A DNA stretch of 64,000 nt from an uncultured cyanobacterium (GCA_963740315.1 CAVUDP010000003.1:64001-128000), one strand, 5' to 3'; counted from the stretch's first letter, positions 9,100 through 22,170 are shown. The notes: generated from the letters alone by a model not told the origin. Numbers and translations: made by a program.

Positions 9100-12000
9100 G
9101 ACGACATAACAATAGTAGACTTTTTCAAATGAAAAAGGAACGGAAAAAGGAAAGGGTTTCATCGAAACGCTAGAGAACTTAAGGGCACAGACATTCTAAT
9201 GCTTACCCAGTAATACAAAAACTAGTCAAAGCATTCTAACGCCGCACAACTAGATGCTGTAACGGCGAGATTTATTTCAACAAAATCTGGCTTCAATGAT
9301 GAACACGTTCTTATTACCGCTATGTTTTGGATGATGGAATGAAATTACCGAACGTAGAAATATAATATTAAAAGTTGAAAATTGTCTTACCTCATAACAC
9401 TGACTTTGACTTATTGTTTACAGTACTCGTACCAACCGCTATGAAATTATTTGGAAGCGCATTCAGGAGCTACGGCTCAAAGCTAAAGGACACTCACCTT
9501 GTTCGTTTTAGAAAGATACTGATGGGGATGGTTTGCCTGATGTAGGAGAGTTTACCATTGGTACAAATTATGAAAAATTGACACCGACAATGATGGAATT
9601 TCAGATGCAGGAAATCGAACAAGGATTAGAACTGAAGTCAAGGTCTCACCACGCTAATTTCAAGCTTTAACCGCGAGTGAATAAAGGAGAACAGCCGAAA
9701 GTTCCAGCACTATCACCCGCAGCCAAACTGCTTGCGTCGCTACAGGTTCCCACGGTTTAGCAAGTGTAAACGCTTCAGTTCAATAACCCATCGTCCTCGG
9801 TAACTTGACTACTCGGCGATGCTACAGATGTAGCGGTTGACACCAACTTCAAATCGCAGCAATAGCTACAATAACGGTGGTTTGCAATTGGTAGATATTT
9901 CCAATTCATGCTTCCAACCTCAGCCAAACTATTAATATTTCTGCCAATAAAGTAGAAGTTGTTGATGGTATCGCTTACGCAACTGTTGGTACTAATCTCA
10001 AAGCCATTGACTTATTAACGGGAGATGAGTTACAAGAATTAACTCTACCGGGTTTCGGTACTGTTACCGACTTAGCAAGGGAAGGAAATCATCTTTACGC
10101 TTATACCAGCGGTTCGGATACATTATCTGTAGTTGATATCACTAATCATAGCTGCTACGGTACAAGGTCAGATAAATGTTTCTATTGCTTCTTCTACAGT
10201 AGGCATATCTGTTGGTAATGGAGTTGTTTACTTAGGTGGTAGTGGCTTGCGGACGGTTGATGTTTCTGACCCATGAACCAACTTTAATTGTGATGCTGAA
10301 CAATTCTTTACTGCTAGGGATGTGACTTTAAACGGTTCAGGTTTGGCTTTAGTAGCTGCTGAAGGTCAAGGTTTATAAGCTAAAATGTAATGACCCTGCA
10401 ATACGGATAATTTCATCACTAAATTGATACTCTGGATTTACAACGATATTGCGATTGCATCGGGTATTGCTTTTGTAGCAGATGGTGCGAGCGGGTTACA
10501 GGTAATCAACTACCTCAGCTTCGATAAGCAAGTTCAAGTTCCAACGGGAATAAGTCCGCAACAGATTTAGATCTGAGGTGACGGTATTTAAGTTTTAGTT
10601 TGACTTGTTTACCATAAGTTAACGTTGAAGACGACGTACAAGTTCGGAATGTGGAACTGTTAGTTAATGGTGAAGTAGTCGGTAATGATGTTTCTTCCCC
10701 TTCGATTTAACAGCTACAGCACTCAATAGCGACCCAGAAGCGACTACGGTAGATGTCCAAGTTCGAGCTACGGATACTGGTGGTAACAGCACTCTCTCGA
10801 ATAACCTGACCTTTAATTTGGTACCGGATACTTTTGCTCCTAACGTTACCAGCACTTCTCCTAAAGCTGATGGAAGACGCAAGAATATTTCTGGTATCTC
10901 AGTCCGCTTTGACGAACCCATTGACACCGAACTCTTAGATTTGAGCGGTATCACTTTAACTAATTTGGGTGCTGATGAAGCAGTTGGTGGAGATGATGAT
11001 ACTACTGTTACTTTGCAAGGATTCCAAACCAGCGAAACCGGACGCAGTTTGTTTGTATTACCACCAGCAGATTTAACTCCTGGTAAATATCAACTGAAAA
11101 TTGACTCTAGTATTATCACTGACCGGGCAGGTAATGCTTTAACTGAAGACTTTACCTTAGACTTTATTAAGCGTCTCTCGTGACACCCCTAACTTTGGGA
11201 GAAACAATTACAGGTAGTATTTTGGAAGCTGGAGAAGATGAAATTTACACCTTTGAAGGAACAGCAGGTCAACGTCTTTACTACGACGGTATTAGTGGTA
11301 ACTTCCAAATTGATACTCGCTTAATTAGTCCTAGCACAGAGCAAGTATTATTTAACAGAAATACTGCTGACAATCTTCAACCTTTCACTTTACTAGAAAC
11401 CGGAACTTATCAATTAATAGTGGATGGTAGTGGTGATATTACAGGTGATTACAGTTTCAAATTGTTAGATTTAGCCAATGCTACTGATTTAACCTTTGAT
11501 ACCACTATTAGCGGTAGTCTTGAACCCGGACAAGAAACACAACTCTACAAATTTGAAGGAACAGCAAATCAAAAGCTTTTCTTAGAAAATAAAGGAAGTC
11601 AAACTGGTGGGTTTTTCAAACTTTACAGTCCTGAAAATCAATTACTTACTTCTACAATCTTTACACTCTCTAGAGGTATTAGAGAAATCAACCTCCCAGA
11701 AAACGGAACCTACATTTTAGCGCTAGAAGGTTTTAGTAACAAAGAAATCTTAAATTACAGTTTTTCCTTAGTTACATCAGAAATTAACACTACAGAATTA
11801 ACTTTAGGAGAAATAGTAAGTAGCAATATTTCCAAACCAGGAGAAGAAGATATTTACACCTTTGAAGGAACAGCAGGTCAAAGTCTCTACTACGACGGAA
11901 TTAGTGCTAACCTCCAAATTGACACTCGCTTAATTAGTCCTAGTGGTGAGCGAGTATTTTTCGGTAATACCATTTCTAATCGTCAACCGTTCGCTTTATT

Positions 12001-12966
12001 AGAAACCGGAACCTATCAATTAATTGTAGATGGTAATAGTGTAACAACAGGAGATTACAGCTTCCAATTGCTAGATTTAGCCAATGCTACTGACCTAACT
12101 TTGGATACCACTATTAATGGTAGTCTCGAACCCGTACAAGAAACCTTCCTTTACAAATTTGAAGGAACGGAAAATCAAAAGCTTTTTCTAGAAGATAAAG
12201 GAACTGCTAGTAGTGGTGTTTTCAGACTTTACAGTCCTGAAAATCAACAAGTAACTTCTGTGAATTTTAGAGGTAATAGAGAAATCACTCTCCCAGTAAA
12301 TGGAACTTATATCTTAGCGGTACAAGGTTTTAGTAACCAAGAAACCATAAATTACAGTTTTTCGCTAATTACATCAGAAATTACTACCACCGAATTAACT
12401 TTAGAAGAAATAGTAAATAGCACTATTTCCAAACCAGGAGAAGAAGATATTTACACCTTTAGCGGAACAGCAGGTCAAACTCTCTACTACGACGGAATTA
12501 GTGGAGACTCCCGAATTGACACTCGCTTAATTAGTCCTAGTGGTGAACAAGTATTTTTTAGTAATACTGTTTCCAAGCGTCAACCTTTCACTTTAGTAGA
12601 AACCGGAACCTATCAATTAATTGTGGATGGTAGTAGTAACATAACAGGAGATTACAGCTTCCAATTGCTAGATACTGCTTCTGCTATTGACCTAACTTTG
12701 GATACCACTATTAGCGGTAGTCTTGACTCTGGACAAAAAACCGTATTTTACAAATTCGCTAGCATAGCGGGTCAACAATTATCTTTGCAGATTTAGAAGT
12801 CAAACTGGTGGTTACTATGTACTTTACGGTTCTGGTAATCAATTGCTTTCTTCACGCAGTCTAGAAGTTCGCTTAACAAGCGTACTTTACCTAGGGATGG
12901 AATTTATTTCTTAGCAGTGCAAAGTAATAAGAATGAAGAAGTAAATTATAGTTTCCGAATTAGTTA
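9100..12966 (+). pseudogene. Fragmented large Ca-binding surface protein (TSP3-like DxDxDG, LVIVD repeats, Ig-like/Big domain, PPC-like repeats)
   Basis: Manual translation gives DTDGDGLPDVGE/DTDNDGISD (~9515-9610) and LGDATDVAVD, GLQLVDIS, AFVADGASGLQVINY (~9810-10520); ORFs 10818-11183 and 11180-12796 continue it; many 1-2 nt indels; 5' boundary approximate. Confidence 0.6.
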
Positions 12967-13317
12967 ATATTCAAAACTGCGGACTTAGGTGATGAGGTAA
13001 TTTTTGAAGTAAAAAATGCTTTCATCTTACAAAAAGTAACGTCTTCATAAATCCTAAATAGAATCACTTAAAAAGCGATTGCGTTTATATCCTCAAACGT
13101 AATCGTTTTTTTAGTTCTATAAAATTATGATTAAACAAAATATTTGTGTTAATTAAGACTATATAAATATACGTATTTTGCTAGAATAAAGCACAATGCA
13201 AAAGATTCATATGTAAGCTTATTTATTAAGATTTAGTATTCATAAATATGAGCTATTTTTGCAAAAGATAACAACATTAACCGTGAATATTTTACTCTTA
13301 ACTTCTCAATTTATATA

Positions 13318-14901
13318 ATGAAAACTCCAAAATCTCTTCAACAAAAGAACTTAAAATCTAAACTCTTCTTATTTCTATCTTCTTCAATCAGCATATTCAA
13401 TCTACCTTGCCAAGCAATGGACTTTTCCCTCCACACGTCCGACCCAGTACTGCTGTGGAACCAAGCAACTCTAGAAGCCATTAGCAACACTAACATGGGT
13501 CCCACTCCCACATCCCGCGCTTTGAGCTTAGTTAATACCAGTATTTACGATGCTTGGGCAGCCTACGACCCAGTAGCAATCGGCACTCAATTGGGCAATA
13601 CTCTCCAAGTTTCTAACGATGAAATTAATGCAGATAATAAAAGTATTGCAATTAGTCAATGCCGCATACACTACCTTATTAGACTTATTCCCCACCCAAG
13701 AAACTGCATTCACTCACCTAATGCAGCAACTGGCGGCGAGATTCTATATTTCAATCAGTGACACAATTACAGCGAGCAGAAATATAATTTACATTTAAAA
13801 ATTTTAAAATTAATTATTAACCGCGGTTCCAACCAACTAAATAATTACGCTGACACCACCAATTACCAACCAGTCAACACCTGGGATAAAATTACCGACC
13901 CCAATCGCTGGCAACCAATTAGTATAAATAACGGCAACAACGTTCAAAAATTTCTTACACCGCAATGGGGTGACGTTACCCCCTTTGCCTTAAAATCGGG
14001 GAATCAATACCTACCACCACCCCCCGCACAATTCGGAACTCAATCCTATATAGACCAAGCCCTGCAAATAATTGAATACAGCGCGTCCCTCACAGACGAA
14101 CAAAAAGTAATTGCCGAATACTGGGCAGACGGACCTCAAACCATACTACCACCAGGTCACTGGCATTTGATAGCCGAATACGTCTCCACCAGAGATAAAT
14201 TAAGCCTAGATGATAACGTTAAACTCTTCTTCAGTTTGGGTAACGCAGTATCCGATGCAGGAACTGCGGCTTGGGCGGGTAAAGAACATTACGATTATAT
14301 CCGCCCGATCTCAGCCATCCAATACTTAGCAGCAAATCATTTATTACCAAACGAGCATCCTTTAGTCCGTACTAACCCCCAAACCAACATCCAAGAAATC
14401 TATTCTTGGGCAGGTCCCGATCGAGGTTCTCAATGGATAGATGGTACAACTTGGCTACCCTACCAAAAAAGTACCTTTGTTACCCCTCCCTTTGCCGAAT
14501 GCGTATCCGGACACAGCAACTTTAGCGCTGCTGGTGCGGAAATTCTCCCCCGATTTAGCAAAAGCGATGAACTTGGTGCTTGTCATACCCAATTACCAAA
14601 TACCTCCACCTTTGAAACCAATACACCCAGCAACTCGATAAAACTTTGCTGGGATACTTTTACGAGTGCTGCGGATGAAGCTGGAATTTCTCGACTTTAC
14701 GGCGGTATCAACCGCCAGAATGGGGATATCAACGGTACGGTATTGGGACGTAAAGTCGGTGCAGCAGTTTGGGAGAAATCACAATATTATATTAACGGTG
14801 GCAAACCAGCCAAAAAAGTTCCCGAACCTTCTCCTATTGTAGGTTTATTTATATTAGCTGCTTTTGGTGTAGTGTCATTCTTTAAAAGTAATAGGCGATA
14901 A
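13318..14901 (+). pseudogene. Vanadium-dependent haloperoxidase (PAP2 superfamily) with PEP-CTERM tail, disrupted
   Basis: WNQ..GPT..SRAL...YDAWAAYD, YWADGP..PPGHW, K..YD.IRP, PPF.E.VSGHS, SRLYGG, then VPEPS+TM+basic tail; frameshift near 13660 and garbled 13735-13820; frame open from ~13825 to 14901. Confidence 0.75.
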
Positions 14902-14940
14902 AACCATTTTACTTTACAAATAATACGCTTTCGCTCGCTT

Positions 14941-15126
14941 GTAGGTTGGGTTAGACACGATTTACCATCTTTCGTTTATAACGCAAATTTTTAATGATCG
15001 TGTCGTAACCCAACATTACTTTATTGAGATATTTAAAAATACCCTAGAAAGAATTTGTTGGGTTACAGCGCCAATATAATTTCTTGTTGAGCATTGTTAT
15101 TCTTCGTGCGCTTAACCCAACCTACG
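14941..15126. repeat. REP/REPIN-like composite palindromic element
   Basis: GTAGGTTGGGTTA...TAACCCAACCTAC termini with internal TAACCCAACA/TGTTGGGTTAC arms; same family at 51395-51601. Confidence 0.7.
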
Positions 15127-15302
15127 AACTTAAAAAGGGGGGCTTTTATAAGTTCTATAAAAAAAACTCCTTCCCAACCTATGGAAAAGAGCATTAAAAA
15201 TTATTCTATTTAACCCGCGAAGGCGGGTTTTGCTTTGTGTAGACGCGGTTTCAACCGCCGGATTAATTAATCAACCGCCAGATTAATCAACTGCTGGATA
15301 AT

Positions 15303-16355
15303 CTAAAAAAACCACCCATAAGAGTGCAAACCTTTACCCAGCAAATTAACTCCCAAATAACAAACCCAAACCGCAACAAACCCCGTAGCCGCCAAAATCG
15401 CCGGACGACGACCTTGCCAACCCTTAGTAATCCGAGCGTGAAGATAAGCTGCAAATACTAACCAGCAAATCAATGCCCAGGTTTCTTTGGGGTCCCAACT
15501 CCAATAAGAACCCCATGCTTCATTAGCCCAAACTGCACCAGCAATGATGCCAATTGTCAAGAGGGGAAAACCCAACCCTATGATCCGATAGCTGATGTTA
15601 TCTAATGTTTCAGCAAGACTTAATCTCTGAGGAGAAAGAGTTTCTCCAGATTCGATGTTTGATTGAGAAGTTTCTAAACGCGCTGCAACTGCTGTGGCTG
15701 TTTTACCATTACTGTTGCTTTGCACCGGAGAAAAACCGTTGTTTTCAAAAGCAAATGCATTGGGTTCGGTAACTAATTCACCGGCTTTGTGCAAGCGATA
15801 ACCATTGCTGCGATAGCCACCGTTACCAACGGAACTACCTTGAAGCTGTACTGGTTTTCCTTTTGTAACGATTAGAAATGCTACGGCTATTAAAGAACCT
15901 ACCATTAAAGCCGAATAACTCAACATCATCACGCTAACGTGCATCATCAACCAGTTTGATTTGAGTGCGGGTACTAATGGTTCGGAAACTTGCATATCTG
16001 AAGGAAGCGTCAATGCTGCAAAAGCGCTGATTCCCATCGCAACGGGTGAAGTCGCAACTCCTACCAAACGGCTGCGGCTGCTGTATTCAGCAATTAAATG
16101 AACCGTGGTGATTCCCCAAGCCAAGAAAAACAAAGATTCATATAAATTGCTTAAAGGGAAATATCCGCCTTCCAACCACCTAGCACCAAGTAAAGCTGCC
16201 ATACACAAATTAGCGATCGCCATTCCAGCGGTTCCCAAACCAGCCAATATCGGTAAATTAGGAAAGGCTGCCCCCACCCAATAAATCAACATTGTGGCAA
16301 ACAGGATCGCGAAAGAGCTATTATCAAGCCAATTCTGGAGTACAACTAAATCCAT
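15303..16355 (-). CDS. ccsB: System II c-type cytochrome biogenesis protein CcsB (plastid CcsA homolog)
   Basis: [15 protein letters not shown] and [13 protein letters not shown] (WWD domain). Confidence 0.95.
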   Translation of the reverse strand: MDLVVLQNWLDNSSFAILFATMLIYWVGAAFPNLPILAGLGTAGMAIANLCMAALLGARWLEGGYFPLSNLYESLFFLAWGITTVHLIAEYSSRSRLVGVATSPVAMGISAFAALTLPSDMQVSEPLVPALKSNWLMMHVSVMMLSYSALMVGSLIAVAFLIVTKGKPVQLQGSSVGNGGYRSNGYRLHKAGELVTEPNAFAFENNGFSPVQSNSNGKTATAVAARLETSQSNIESGETLSPQRLSLAETLDNISYRIIGLGFPLLTIGIIAGAVWANEAWGSYWSWDPKETWALICWLVFAAYLHARITKGWQGRRPAILAATGFVAVWVCYLGVNLLGKGLHSYGWFF

Positions 16356-16481
16356 GAAGTGTTCTCCCCATTTTGATTACTATAATTTTTAATCTTACTT
16401 TTAAACCCTTATCTCGAAGAGGCAGCCATCAATTAAGATTTCTACCTCTTCTAGCTTATCTTTAATTTGTCTTTTGCTAAC

Positions 16482-18221
16482 CTACTCCCTGTTCTGTTTA
16501 GGACTCGGAAGCGTAGCTGGTTTCTCACCTTTCTTCAGTTTCAGTAGAATATCATAACGAGTAGTGCGACTATCGCTTACCCTACTTGTTACACCAATTG
16601 AATTAATTGAGTTAAGAAAACTTTCACTATTCGGAAACAAAGCAGGTAAAGATAAGTTTTTCGCTGCACCTTCCACATCAAAGAAAAACTGAGTGTCGAT
16701 CGGATTAACTTCTTTTGGTACTGCTTTCTGAAATGATGGGGCGTTAGCTAAAATATTTTTTGGTTTGGGAATTATTTTATTAGTTACGGGAGTTCCCAAA
16801 GTCAGAAAAGCAATGTCTTCATTTAACCAACCGCGTGTAGCAGTTAAAGTTCCCGAAGGTCCAATCCATTTCACTACAGGTATTTCCCCTACGTCCGACT
16901 CTTTGATTTTGAACTGGTACTGAGTTCTCATTGCGTCATCTAATTGTTTTAAAGACGCTTCCGCTTTCAGGCGGTCGCTAGCCTGTACCATAAATACTAC
17001 AGCGGCGCGAACGTCTTCAGGAGACTCTTTTGGAGCATCGGGAACTATAGATACGACAAATTCGCCCCCCATCCAGCTAAGTAAATCTCGATCCAAATCC
17101 AAACCGCTAATGTCTTTAAAACCACTTCTCATTTCTTCTGGTTTAAGTGGTGCAAGGGGATTTTTCTGCGAAGTTAAAACGTAATCAGCCCATAACCGAC
17201 GCAGATTGCCACCAGAAAACATCATCAAAGTATCGGCTGGTAAGCGAGAAGTCATGGTAGTAGCTTTGTTTTCTACCGCTAGCATTCGTCTGCTGTTGGG
17301 TTTTAACCAAGATACTCCTTTTAAACGCAGTCCTTGAGATTCTAAACTGATAGTTCCCGCTAAACCTTGATTATTTTTTAGTTGTGCTAAAACTTGGGCG
17401 GGTAAGCGAGTTTTATTAGAAGTTGTCCCCGCAATTGCAGCCGCAGACGGAATGTTGACGTAAAACTGAGCCAGGGGTTGATAAGTGGCGATTTGGGGTA
17501 TGTGTTTGGCAAAACCAACACCATTGGCTAATGTTGCTTTGCTTTTATAAGCTTTAATTGTTCTTTCTGTAGCTTTAGGATTATCTGCAATTACTAAAAA
17601 ACGTTGTTCTATAACTGCTGTAGATAACTTTTCCCCTGAAGTTGATTCTGCTTCTTTGATCGTAATGCCTTGATACTCGCGCTCAACCCATTCCCCTTTA
17701 AGGGCTTTTGGTTGTGCAAAGGCTGTTTTAATTTTATTTTGATCTTTAATTGGTAAAACCATTACCAGCGACTGTTCGACAGTGGCTAATTTACCATCGC
17801 TAGCTACTGGTTTAGATGCGCGAGTAGGGGCTTGGGGGGCTAAAATTGCCACAGTTATTTGATCCCCAACCCAAGGGCTTACATCTTTTTCAAAATCAAA
17901 CCCTTCTTTTGCCAGAAAGCGATCGCGTAGCTGAACTAAATTTTTGTCCAGTGCGCCTTGACTTTGTTTACTTCCAAAAGAACGAAGTTTTTCCCATTGA
18001 TTAGAATCCGTGCTTAAAGAAACCGTAAATAGGGCATCTTGGGGAATAATATTAGCACCTACAGGCAAATCTCTGGACAAAGGTTTTCCAGTCGTCAAAA
18101 GCCAGTAAGCCGCTATCCCACCACCAATTAATAAACCCGCCCCAGAAAGAGTTAAAACTAAAGACGGTTTCTTTTTTTTCTTACCAGAAATAGACACGAC
18201 AGGCAGTGTCATTGAAACCAA
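16482..18221 (-). CDS. DUF3352-type membrane-anchored protein
   Basis: N-terminal TM, GANIIPQDA, D.EKDV.PWVG motifs. Confidence 0.7.
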   Translation of the reverse strand: MVSMTLPVVSISGKKKKKPSLVLTLSGAGLLIGGGIAAYWLLTTGKPLSRDLPVGANIIPQDALFTVSLSTDSNQWEKLRSFGSKQSQGALDKNLVQLRDRFLAKEGFDFEKDVSPWVGDQITVAILAPQAPTRASKPVASDGKLATVEQSLVMVLPIKDQNKIKTAFAQPKALKGEWVEREYQGITIKEAESTSGEKLSTAVIEQRFLVIADNPKATERTIKAYKSKATLANGVGFAKHIPQIATYQPLAQFYVNIPSAAAIAGTTSNKTRLPAQVLAQLKNNQGLAGTISLESQGLRLKGVSWLKPNSRRMLAVENKATTMTSRLPADTLMMFSGGNLRRLWADYVLTSQKNPLAPLKPEEMRSGFKDISGLDLDRDLLSWMGGEFVVSIVPDAPKESPEDVRAAVVFMVQASDRLKAEASLKQLDDAMRTQYQFKIKESDVGEIPVVKWIGPSGTLTATRGWLNEDIAFLTLGTPVTNKIIPKPKNILANAPSFQKAVPKEVNPIDTQFFFDVEGAAKNLSLPALFPNSESFLNSINSIGVTSRVSDSRTTRYDILLKLKKGEKPATLPSPKQNRE

Positions 18222-18545
18222 TACCTCATAAAACCGAACTTTTCAATTACTTTATAGAAAACAGCTAACCAAAAATTATCCTTTATATCTAGGGTTGCCG
18301 ATCGCATTTGAGAAAATTATTCTCACCGTTGGAATACTACTGTTGCTATCAAATTGCCATTAGCAGTTAATCAGATTTTTCTGTATTTAATTCTAAATTA
18401 TGTAGTCAGAATTACAAAATTCCGATTATTTCTCTTATCTGTGGTAATTTCGCGTTGAAATTTACCTCTCGAGCAAGTTTAACACTACTATTACAATCAA
18501 AGACTACCATTATTTAAAAGCTGCTCGATCGGACTACTTACCATA

Positions 18546-18696
18546 TATAAGATTCCTCTATAAAATTTTGTATGCCTTACGGGCACGCACAAAAAAAACA
18601 GCATATTTTCTGTTCCCTGTTAAGAGTTCCCTATTTCCTATTCCCCTCAACCTTATCTAAACCAGTAATTTTATGAATGAAACCGGATTCTTATAG
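18546..18696. repeat. Probable MITE
   Basis: Imperfect terminal inverted repeats TATAAGATTCC / GGATTCTTATA around short heptamer-like repeats. Confidence 0.35.
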
Positions 18697-19129
18697 ATAA
18701 AACAATAATTTTTTTGTAATTGATTCATTTTTGGATGCTGGTCTAAAGTTTGTGATACCTTAAAAATAATGTTTTTCCTTAATATTCAAGAAGTATTTTA
18801 GATTTCAAAATTATCTTTATCAGATTAAGAGTTACATAAGGCGCGATCGCACTTCAGCAGTTTAAGGATTTAACTCAATCTTTCTGTCAGTCCTACACTT
18901 TAAAGTTATAAGCTAACTTTGAAAAAAATATTGTACAAACTGCCATTAGCTATTACATTTTTATTGCTTATTTGCAGAATATTCAATTAGGGGCAAGACC
19001 CCCTATTAAACTGCAATACTAAGTTTCAGGTGAAAATAATTAGTTTTTTGTAGAAGAATAAGGAGCAAATTTGCTTCTTGAAACTCCCCATCCGTCAATG
19101 TCCAAGGATTCTGAACTGATAAAATACGA

Positions 19130-19738
19130 CTAAACTTGAGTCTCACCCAAATATTTAATTAAATAAGGCGAAAAAACCTCATAAATCAACGTTAAAGGCT
19201 CTCCGTGATGCCAAAATAAATAGTGTCTTCCCCAAAAAGGACCTTTTTGATTAAATCCTAATTCCAACGCCGGAGAATAACCGTAGTAAATACCTTGAAC
19301 ATCCCGATACAGTTCAGTACGAAGACGCGCTAAACTCGCCCAAATCGGTAACGAACGATTTTGTAAATATTCATCTACGTGAGACGCTTCCCACCATGAG
19401 GTTGCATACGCCAAAAGTTGACCCGAAGCAGTACGCAACCAAACCTGTCTTCGCAGTCTAGGTCCGGGTACCACTTGAATTAAATCGGGGGCACCATCGG
19501 AATCCATGCCAATTAATGACATATCAATCACATCTACTTCCGTAGGTTCACCCGTAAGTAATTTCAAATGTCGCGTAGGAGAACCATCACCCAATAGCAA
19601 CAACTGCCAAGCCGGTGCTAACTGACTATGAGGTAAACCTTGTCCAATTACCTCTTCTCCACCCTGCCAAATAGTATTTAATCTATGCCACGAGCAAGTC
19701 AAAGTTAAATCGTCGCTTTCTGAAAAAGTTGCAGTCAA
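19130..19738 (-). CDS. Chorismate lyase (Ycf21/UbiC-like, DUF98)
   Basis: LLGDGSPTRHL, RRQVWL, WGRHYLFWH, IYEVFSP. Confidence 0.85.
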   Translation of the reverse strand: MTATFSESDDLTLTCSWHRLNTIWQGGEEVIGQGLPHSQLAPAWQLLLLGDGSPTRHLKLLTGEPTEVDVIDMSLIGMDSDGAPDLIQVVPGPRLRRQVWLRTASGQLLAYATSWWEASHVDEYLQNRSLPIWASLARLRTELYRDVQGIYYGYSPALELGFNQKGPFWGRHYLFWHHGEPLTLIYEVFSPYLIKYLGETQV

Positions 19739-19999
19739 TGCTCTGCTCTTAACAATACTTTACTTATTTCTATCAAAGCACAAAATATCAGTCCAAAACA
19801 ATTAGCAATTGGTAATTTTGTTTAGCTGAATTGAAGCGTAAATCCGATCGTAACTGGTTCAGACTAAAAATACTTTTGGAAGAATGTCCCACTATCCGCA
19901 CTAGAGGGTGAATATACTCTTACGAATCATCCCACTTTTTGCAAGCTGAGTGCGAGACAATTCCAAACAAACTCGCGATCGCAATTTTCCAATTAAAAA

Positions 20000-20081
20000 T
20001 GCGGATGGCGAGACTCGAACTCGCAAGGCAAAAGCCACACGCCCCTCAAGCGTGCGCGTATACCAATTCCGCCACATCCGC
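20000..20081 (-). tRNA. trnL: tRNA-Leu(GAG)
   Basis: GCGGATGTGGCGGAATTGGTATACGCG CACGC-TTGAGGG-GCGTG, long variable arm, GTTCGAGTC T-loop. Confidence 0.95.
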
Positions 20082-20522
20082 ATGAATTATCTTTATTTCT
20101 CTAGAGAGTATAGCATGACAAAAGAAATATAGTGCGAAAATAGTAAATTCCCCAAAATTGATTGTTGAAATGCCGTCCTTTTTACCAAATTGGGATAACT
20201 GGCTGACAGAAATTTGATAAAACACGAGTCATATTAAGAACAGTTGTACAATAACCCCGTAAAAGTGCTTCTTGCGTGTCAGTATCAACTTACCCTGGGA
20301 TGCATATAATCAATCTCTCTATGTTATTTCTTAATACCGATCGCGTTAACTTAGTTAAACAATCTACTTAAAATGCCTTATGGGTAGTTGTAGTTCGTCA
20401 TAGCCGAGGGTTGTGCAAACAGGTTTCATAGTCGGTCAAATTCTGAAACAAAGCAAAAGTCTTATTCCAGATTTGGCAGTTCGTCCATGTGAATTGATAG
20501 GAATGATATAGAAAATACAAAC

Positions 20523-21875
20523 ATGAAATTTGACAAAATATTAATTGCTAATCGAGGGGAAATAGCACTTCGCGTTCTCCGTGCTTGTGAAGAAATGGGA
20601 ATTGCGACTGTTGCAGTACATTCTAATATCGATCGCAATGCTCTTCACGTACAGCTTGCTGATGAAGCGGTTTGTATTGGCGACGCTGCAAGCAGTAAGA
20701 GTTATTTGAATATTCCTAATATTATTGCAGCTGCATTAACGCGCAACGCCAGCGCAATTCATCCCGGCTATGGGTTTTTGGCGGAAAATGCCCGTTTCGC
20801 GGAAATCTGTGCCGACCATCATATCGCTTTTATTGGTGCTTCACCCGAAGCAATTCGGAAGATGGGGGATAAATCAACGGCGAAGGAAACCATGCAAAAA
20901 GCAGGTGTTCCGACGGTACCCGGTAGCGATGGTTTGCTGGCTTCTGAGGAAGAAGGATTAAAAAATGCCGGTGAAATCGGCTATCCGGTGATGATTAAAG
21001 CTACAGCTGGTGGTGGTGGAAGAGGTATGCGTCTGGTGCGATCGCCAGATGAATTTGCAAAATCTTTTCGAGCCGCACAGGGGGAAGCGGAAGCGGCATT
21101 TGGGAATGGGGGAGTTTATCTCGAAAAATTTATCGAACGTCCCCGCCATATTGAAATTCAGATTTTAGCAGACAATTACGGTAATGTGATTCATTTGGGC
21201 GAGCGTGATTGTTCGATTCAGCGACGCAATCAAAAACTTTTAGAAGAAGCGCCAAGTCCGGCACTTAATGATGAATTACGCTCTTTAATGGGAGAAGCTG
21301 CGGTTAACGCCGCTAAATTCATTAATTACAATGGTGCGGGTACGGTAGAGTTTTTGCTCGATAATAAGGGCGATTTCTACTTTATGGAAATGAACACCCG
21401 GATTCAAGTTGAGCATCCCGTCACGGAAATGATTACCGGAATTGATTTGGTTGCCGAACAAATCCGCATTGCGATGGGAGAAAAACTCAGTCTTACTCAA
21501 GACCAAGTTGTTCTGCGGGGTCATGCGATTGAATGCCGCATCAACGCTGAAGATCCCGACCATGATTTTCGTCCTTGTCCCGGACGTATCAGCGGCTATC
21601 TTCCCCCTGGAGGTCCTGGTGTTCGTATTGATTCCCACATTTACACCGATTACCAGATTCCTCCTTACTACGACTCGTTAATCGCAAAGTTAATTGTATG
21701 GGGTCCCGATCGTCCGACCGCAATCAATCGCATGAAACGAGCTTTAAGGGAGTGTGCGATTACTGGAGTGACCACGACCGTTGGCTTTCATCAAAAAGTT
21801 ATGGATATTCCGCAGTTTTTAGAAGGTAATGTCTACACCAGTTTTATACAGGATATGAAGGAAACAAAAGCTTAA
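20523..21875 (+). CDS. accC: Acetyl-CoA carboxylase biotin carboxylase subunit
   Basis: [43 protein letters not shown]. Confidence 0.97.
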   Translation: MKFDKILIANRGEIALRVLRACEEMGIATVAVHSNIDRNALHVQLADEAVCIGDAASSKSYLNIPNIIAAALTRNASAIHPGYGFLAENARFAEICADHHIAFIGASPEAIRKMGDKSTAKETMQKAGVPTVPGSDGLLASEEEGLKNAGEIGYPVMIKATAGGGGRGMRLVRSPDEFAKSFRAAQGEAEAAFGNGGVYLEKFIERPRHIEIQILADNYGNVIHLGERDCSIQRRNQKLLEEAPSPALNDELRSLMGEAAVNAAKFINYNGAGTVEFLLDNKGDFYFMEMNTRIQVEHPVTEMITGIDLVAEQIRIAMGEKLSLTQDQVVLRGHAIECRINAEDPDHDFRPCPGRISGYLPPGGPGVRIDSHIYTDYQIPPYYDSLIAKLIVWGPDRPTAINRMKRALRECAITGVTTTVGFHQKVMDIPQFLEGNVYTSFIQDMKETKA

Positions 21876-21876
21876 C

Positions 21877-22170
21877 TTAGCCGGTATGAGCAAGCATGGT
21901 CAGCAGCCCTTGCTGACCTAACAAGATTTCCCGCGCCAAGCTGAATATTCCTACCCAAATAATCGGCGTAATATCCACACCACCGATAGGCGGGACTAAT
22001 TTTCGCATTACCACTAAAAATGGTTCGGTAGGTAAAGCGATGATATTAAAAGGAAAACGATTCAGTTCGGCTTGGGGATACCAAGTTAAAATAATTCGGA
22101 AAATAAATAAAAAGGTCATCAGCCCCAACACAAGACTGAGAATCAAATTGGTAATGTCAAGGTTATTCAT
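21877..22170 (-). CDS. YggT family membrane protein
   Basis: RIILTWYP, TEPFL, PPIGGVDITPI. Confidence 0.9.
   Translation of the reverse strand: MNNLDITNLILSLVLGLMTFLFIFRIILTWYPQAELNRFPFNIIALPTEPFLVVMRKLVPPIGGVDITPIIWVGIFSLAREILLGQQGLLTMLAHTG

Noticed and set aside
19901..20132. Two 60-aa ORFs
   Set aside because: They overlap tRNA-Leu and are shadow ORFs.
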